DNA from: a virus
Taxonomy: Duplodnaviria > Heunggongvirae > Uroviricota > Caudoviricetes
DNA: 18,265 nucleotides
IMG/VR virus record: IMGVR_UViG_2541047922_000008
Strand: one strand, 5' to 3'
Position numbers and translations under genes: made by a program. Under the pieces are notes generated by a model. It saw only the letters and a list, made by a program, of their open reading frames with translations, was not told the origin of the DNA and ran no database searches. Each line of letters opens with the position of its first letter. The first letter of the stretch is position 1. Positions 16,125 to 18,265 of the stretch are shown piece after piece.

Positions 16125-16928
16125 TTAATCCGGCTTTGCGTTCTTTTGGCTGTTGTCTCGGTTAATAGGGCAGGCAGTCCTCTCTATGAGCGTTGCAAGA
16201 GCATTACTTGCCCCCCACTGCTTAAGCTCCCTGGTTATCGCTTCTTGATTTCCCCTGGTGGCAAAATCATTTTCTGGATCGTAATTGGCCCACTCTCTGT
16301 TTCTAATCTCAATAGCCTTAGCTAATGGGTCTTTATCCCAGTATTTATATAAGTGTATCGGGCGCTCTTGCTCTAACTGCTCTATCCTTGCCCTTAACTC
16401 TGCGTTTTCTCTTTCCAGCATTGCGATTTGGGATAATAAATCATCCTCTGTACGCAACTCTTTCTTTTCAATATCGCGTCCTTGTGCCTCGTCATTTTCA
16501 GAAGAGTTAGCGCCTTCCAGCTTCGTTAACGCGTCAAGGACATCGGGAAAAATTGCGAAAATTTCACCCCTTATAAATCCAATGTTCTCAAATTCGGGAT
16601 CTTCCCAATAACCGGACACCAGAAAACCATTTTCATCCCTCTCACCAGGTAAACAACCATGTTTCCGAACCGCATCCAGATTTCTATAAAGAACATCATA
16701 ATCAAATTCATCCCGATACGGGTTACAAAAAGATTCCAACAGCTTAAATTCATTTACTGTGTACAGGCGGATATGTTCTCCGCTTATTCTCCTGAGTATC
16801 CAAGTTATGAGATCTGAAACATCATAATCATCACCAGCGACCTTAAGCACGACCTCAAGAAATTCACGTAAAGAAATAAAATCTTTTTTGTATTCGTTTA
16901 ATTCGGCATGAATATCAATCATACGCAC
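16125..16928 (-). CDS. acidic protein (267 aa) with central coiled coil, unknown function
   Basis: ORF with GAGGTG Shine-Dalgarno. About 56 Asp+Glu versus about 36 Lys+Arg. Heptad-like segment LLSQIAMLERENAELRARIEQLEQER. Sits between int and alpA. Confidence 0.6.
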   Translation of the reverse strand: MRMIDIHAELNEYKKDFISLREFLEVVLKVAGDDYDVSDLITWILRRISGEHIRLYTVNEFKLLESFCNPYRDEFDYDVLYRNLDAVRKHGCLPGERDENGFLVSGYWEDPEFENIGFIRGEIFAIFPDVLDALTKLEGANSSENDEAQGRDIEKKELRTEDDLLSQIAMLERENAELRARIEQLEQERPIHLYKYWDKDPLAKAIEIRNREWANYDPENDFATRGNQEAITRELKQWGASNALATLIERTACPINRDNSQKNAKPD

Positions 16929-17050
16929 ACCTCAGCGTCCTCTACTGTAGTGGCTGTGCCAGCCCGTCGAGGTATACGGTTTTTCGGGAGCGACCCTAGA
17001 CACAGCCTTTTCTTTCGTCGCTCAAAGTCTACTACTGTATACTCAACCAG

Positions 17051-18265
17051 TCATCCACATTTTCCGAACTTGCCATGCACCACGTTGCCGCCCTGTTCCA
17101 GTGAGTCCATATAGTCGGCGTACCACTGGAGCATCTCGCGCCGCCCGTCCAGATATTGCGCATGATTGTACGTGCCACGAATTGAGTTCTTATCAACGTG
17201 TGCAAGCTGCGTTTCTATCCACGCGGTGTTATAGCCCTGCTCATGTAAAATCGTGCTCATCGTGTGCCGGAACCCATGACCAGTAACGCGCCCAGAATAG
17301 CCAATACGACGAATAAGCACGTTCATCGCCATTTCACTCATCGGCTTACTGTGCTGGATTCGACCAGGGAAAATAAACTGATACTGCCCCGTCATGTGTT
17401 TTAACTGTTCCAGAATAGCGATCGCCTGTTCTGAAAGCGGCACACAATGAGGACGGCGCATCTTCATTCGTTCTTTAGGCACTTCCCACAAACGATTATC
17501 AAAATCGATCTCCTGCCATTCTGCCTGTCGTAATTCCCCTGGCCGGAGCCCTGTCAGAATCAATAATCGCATACCCAGCTTGACGATCTGGCTTCCGGTG
17601 TACGTATTAAGAACGCGGAAAAATTCCGGCAGTTCGTCGGCCTTCAAATAGGCATAATGCTCTTTTTTGTGTGGAGCAAATGCGCTTGCCAGATCTGGTG
17701 CGGGGTTATATTCAGCGCGTCCGGTGATGATTGCGTACCGGAACACCTCGCCGCATCGCTGGCGAACCTTACGCAATTTTTCGGTCGCCCCACGGTCATT
17801 AAGACGGGAGAGAACCGCAAGCAACTCCATTGGCTTAATTTCTGCGATCGGCCTGCCGCCAATGTACGGAAAAACGTCTTTTTCAAACGTCTCGATCATT
17901 TCCTCGGCGTATGACGATGACCACCTGTCGATCCGCTTTTCATACCATTCGCGAGCGATACCCTCAAAAGTATTGCCAAATTTGCTCGCCTGTTCTCGCT
18001 TTTGAGCTTTTCTGGCCTCACTTGGATTTATACCACCAGCAAGAAGCCTTTTAGCCTCATCCCTTGCCGCTCTGGCATCAGACAGAGACACATCAGGGTA
18101 CACGCCCAACGACAACATTTTGGGCTTTCCTGCAAATCTGTAACGTAGTCGCCACCCTTTCGAGCCGTTCGGCTCAATGAGTAACGAAAGCCCGTTACCG
18201 TCATTGAGTGTATAAGCCTTTTCTTTCGGCTTCGCGCGCCTGATAGCAAGGTCTGAAAGCAGCAT
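17051..18265 (-). CDS. int: tyrosine recombinase, P4-type integrase
   Basis: N-terminal arm-binding pattern LSDLAIRRAKPKEKAYTLNDGNGLSLLIEPNGSKGWRLRYRF. Catalytic-domain residues GLRPGELRQ, HGFRHT and the tyrosine in RGTYNHAQY. The ATG is the last three bases of the window. Confidence 0.9.
   Translation of the reverse strand: MLLSDLAIRRAKPKEKAYTLNDGNGLSLLIEPNGSKGWRLRYRFAGKPKMLSLGVYPDVSLSDARAARDEAKRLLAGGINPSEARKAQKREQASKFGNTFEGIAREWYEKRIDRWSSSYAEEMIETFEKDVFPYIGGRPIAEIKPMELLAVLSRLNDRGATEKLRKVRQRCGEVFRYAIITGRAEYNPAPDLASAFAPHKKEHYAYLKADELPEFFRVLNTYTGSQIVKLGMRLLILTGLRPGELRQAEWQEIDFDNRLWEVPKERMKMRRPHCVPLSEQAIAILEQLKHMTGQYQFIFPGRIQHSKPMSEMAMNVLIRRIGYSGRVTGHGFRHTMSTILHEQGYNTAWIETQLAHVDKNSIRGTYNHAQYLDGRREMLQWYADYMDSLEQGGNVVHGKFGKCG

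Larger units (their letters stand above)
667..18265 (-). mobile_element. integrative island of the P4-integrase/AlpA/primase type (satellite- or PICI-like); attL and the target gene lie beyond the right edge, the left boundary is unresolved
   Basis: Co-linear minus-strand modules: int, alpA, antirepressors, switch, primase with iterons, ssb, cargo operon. No structural or packaging genes. Confidence 0.6.

Noticed and set aside
1-18265. P2/P4 cos site, sid/psu/delta homologues, CRISPR repeats, tRNA/rRNA, reverse transcriptase, transposase or IS ends
   Set aside because: Looked for by eye and not found: no 19-nt cos-like GGCGAGGCGGGGAAAGCAC or its complement, no regularly spaced repeat-spacer array, no cloverleaf-like T-arm with CCA, no zinc-finger Delta-like ORF. 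Absence is stated from visual scanning only, not from a search tool.

Overview
The window reads as one strand-polarised integrative island of the P4-integrase / AlpA / primase type (satellite- or PICI-like), with nearly every gene on the minus strand. Read right to left: tyrosine integrase (17051-18265, start codon at the window edge), an acidic 267-aa protein, AlpA, AntA-type and Bro-N antirepressors, a divergent switch region with palindromic operators and two small plus-strand genes (one RHH-like), three small genes plus a primase/helicase, an iteron cluster (putative ori), SSB, a ProQ/FinO-domain protein, a 138-aa protein and an intrinsic terminator. Distal to that lies the most unusual part: a tightly coupled cargo operon (68 aa, then 843 aa, 686 aa with an HExxH motif, 918 aa, and a 104-aa two-helix membrane protein) ending in an intrinsic terminator at about 667-691. 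I see no terminase, capsid, sid/psu/delta or cos, and no rRNA, tRNA, CRISPR or transposase. All functional calls rest on motif recognition by eye from the supplied translations; no database search was possible. The giant-protein operon is my best candidate for an undescribed system, but a phage ejection-protein or injected polyvalent-protein origin cannot be excluded.
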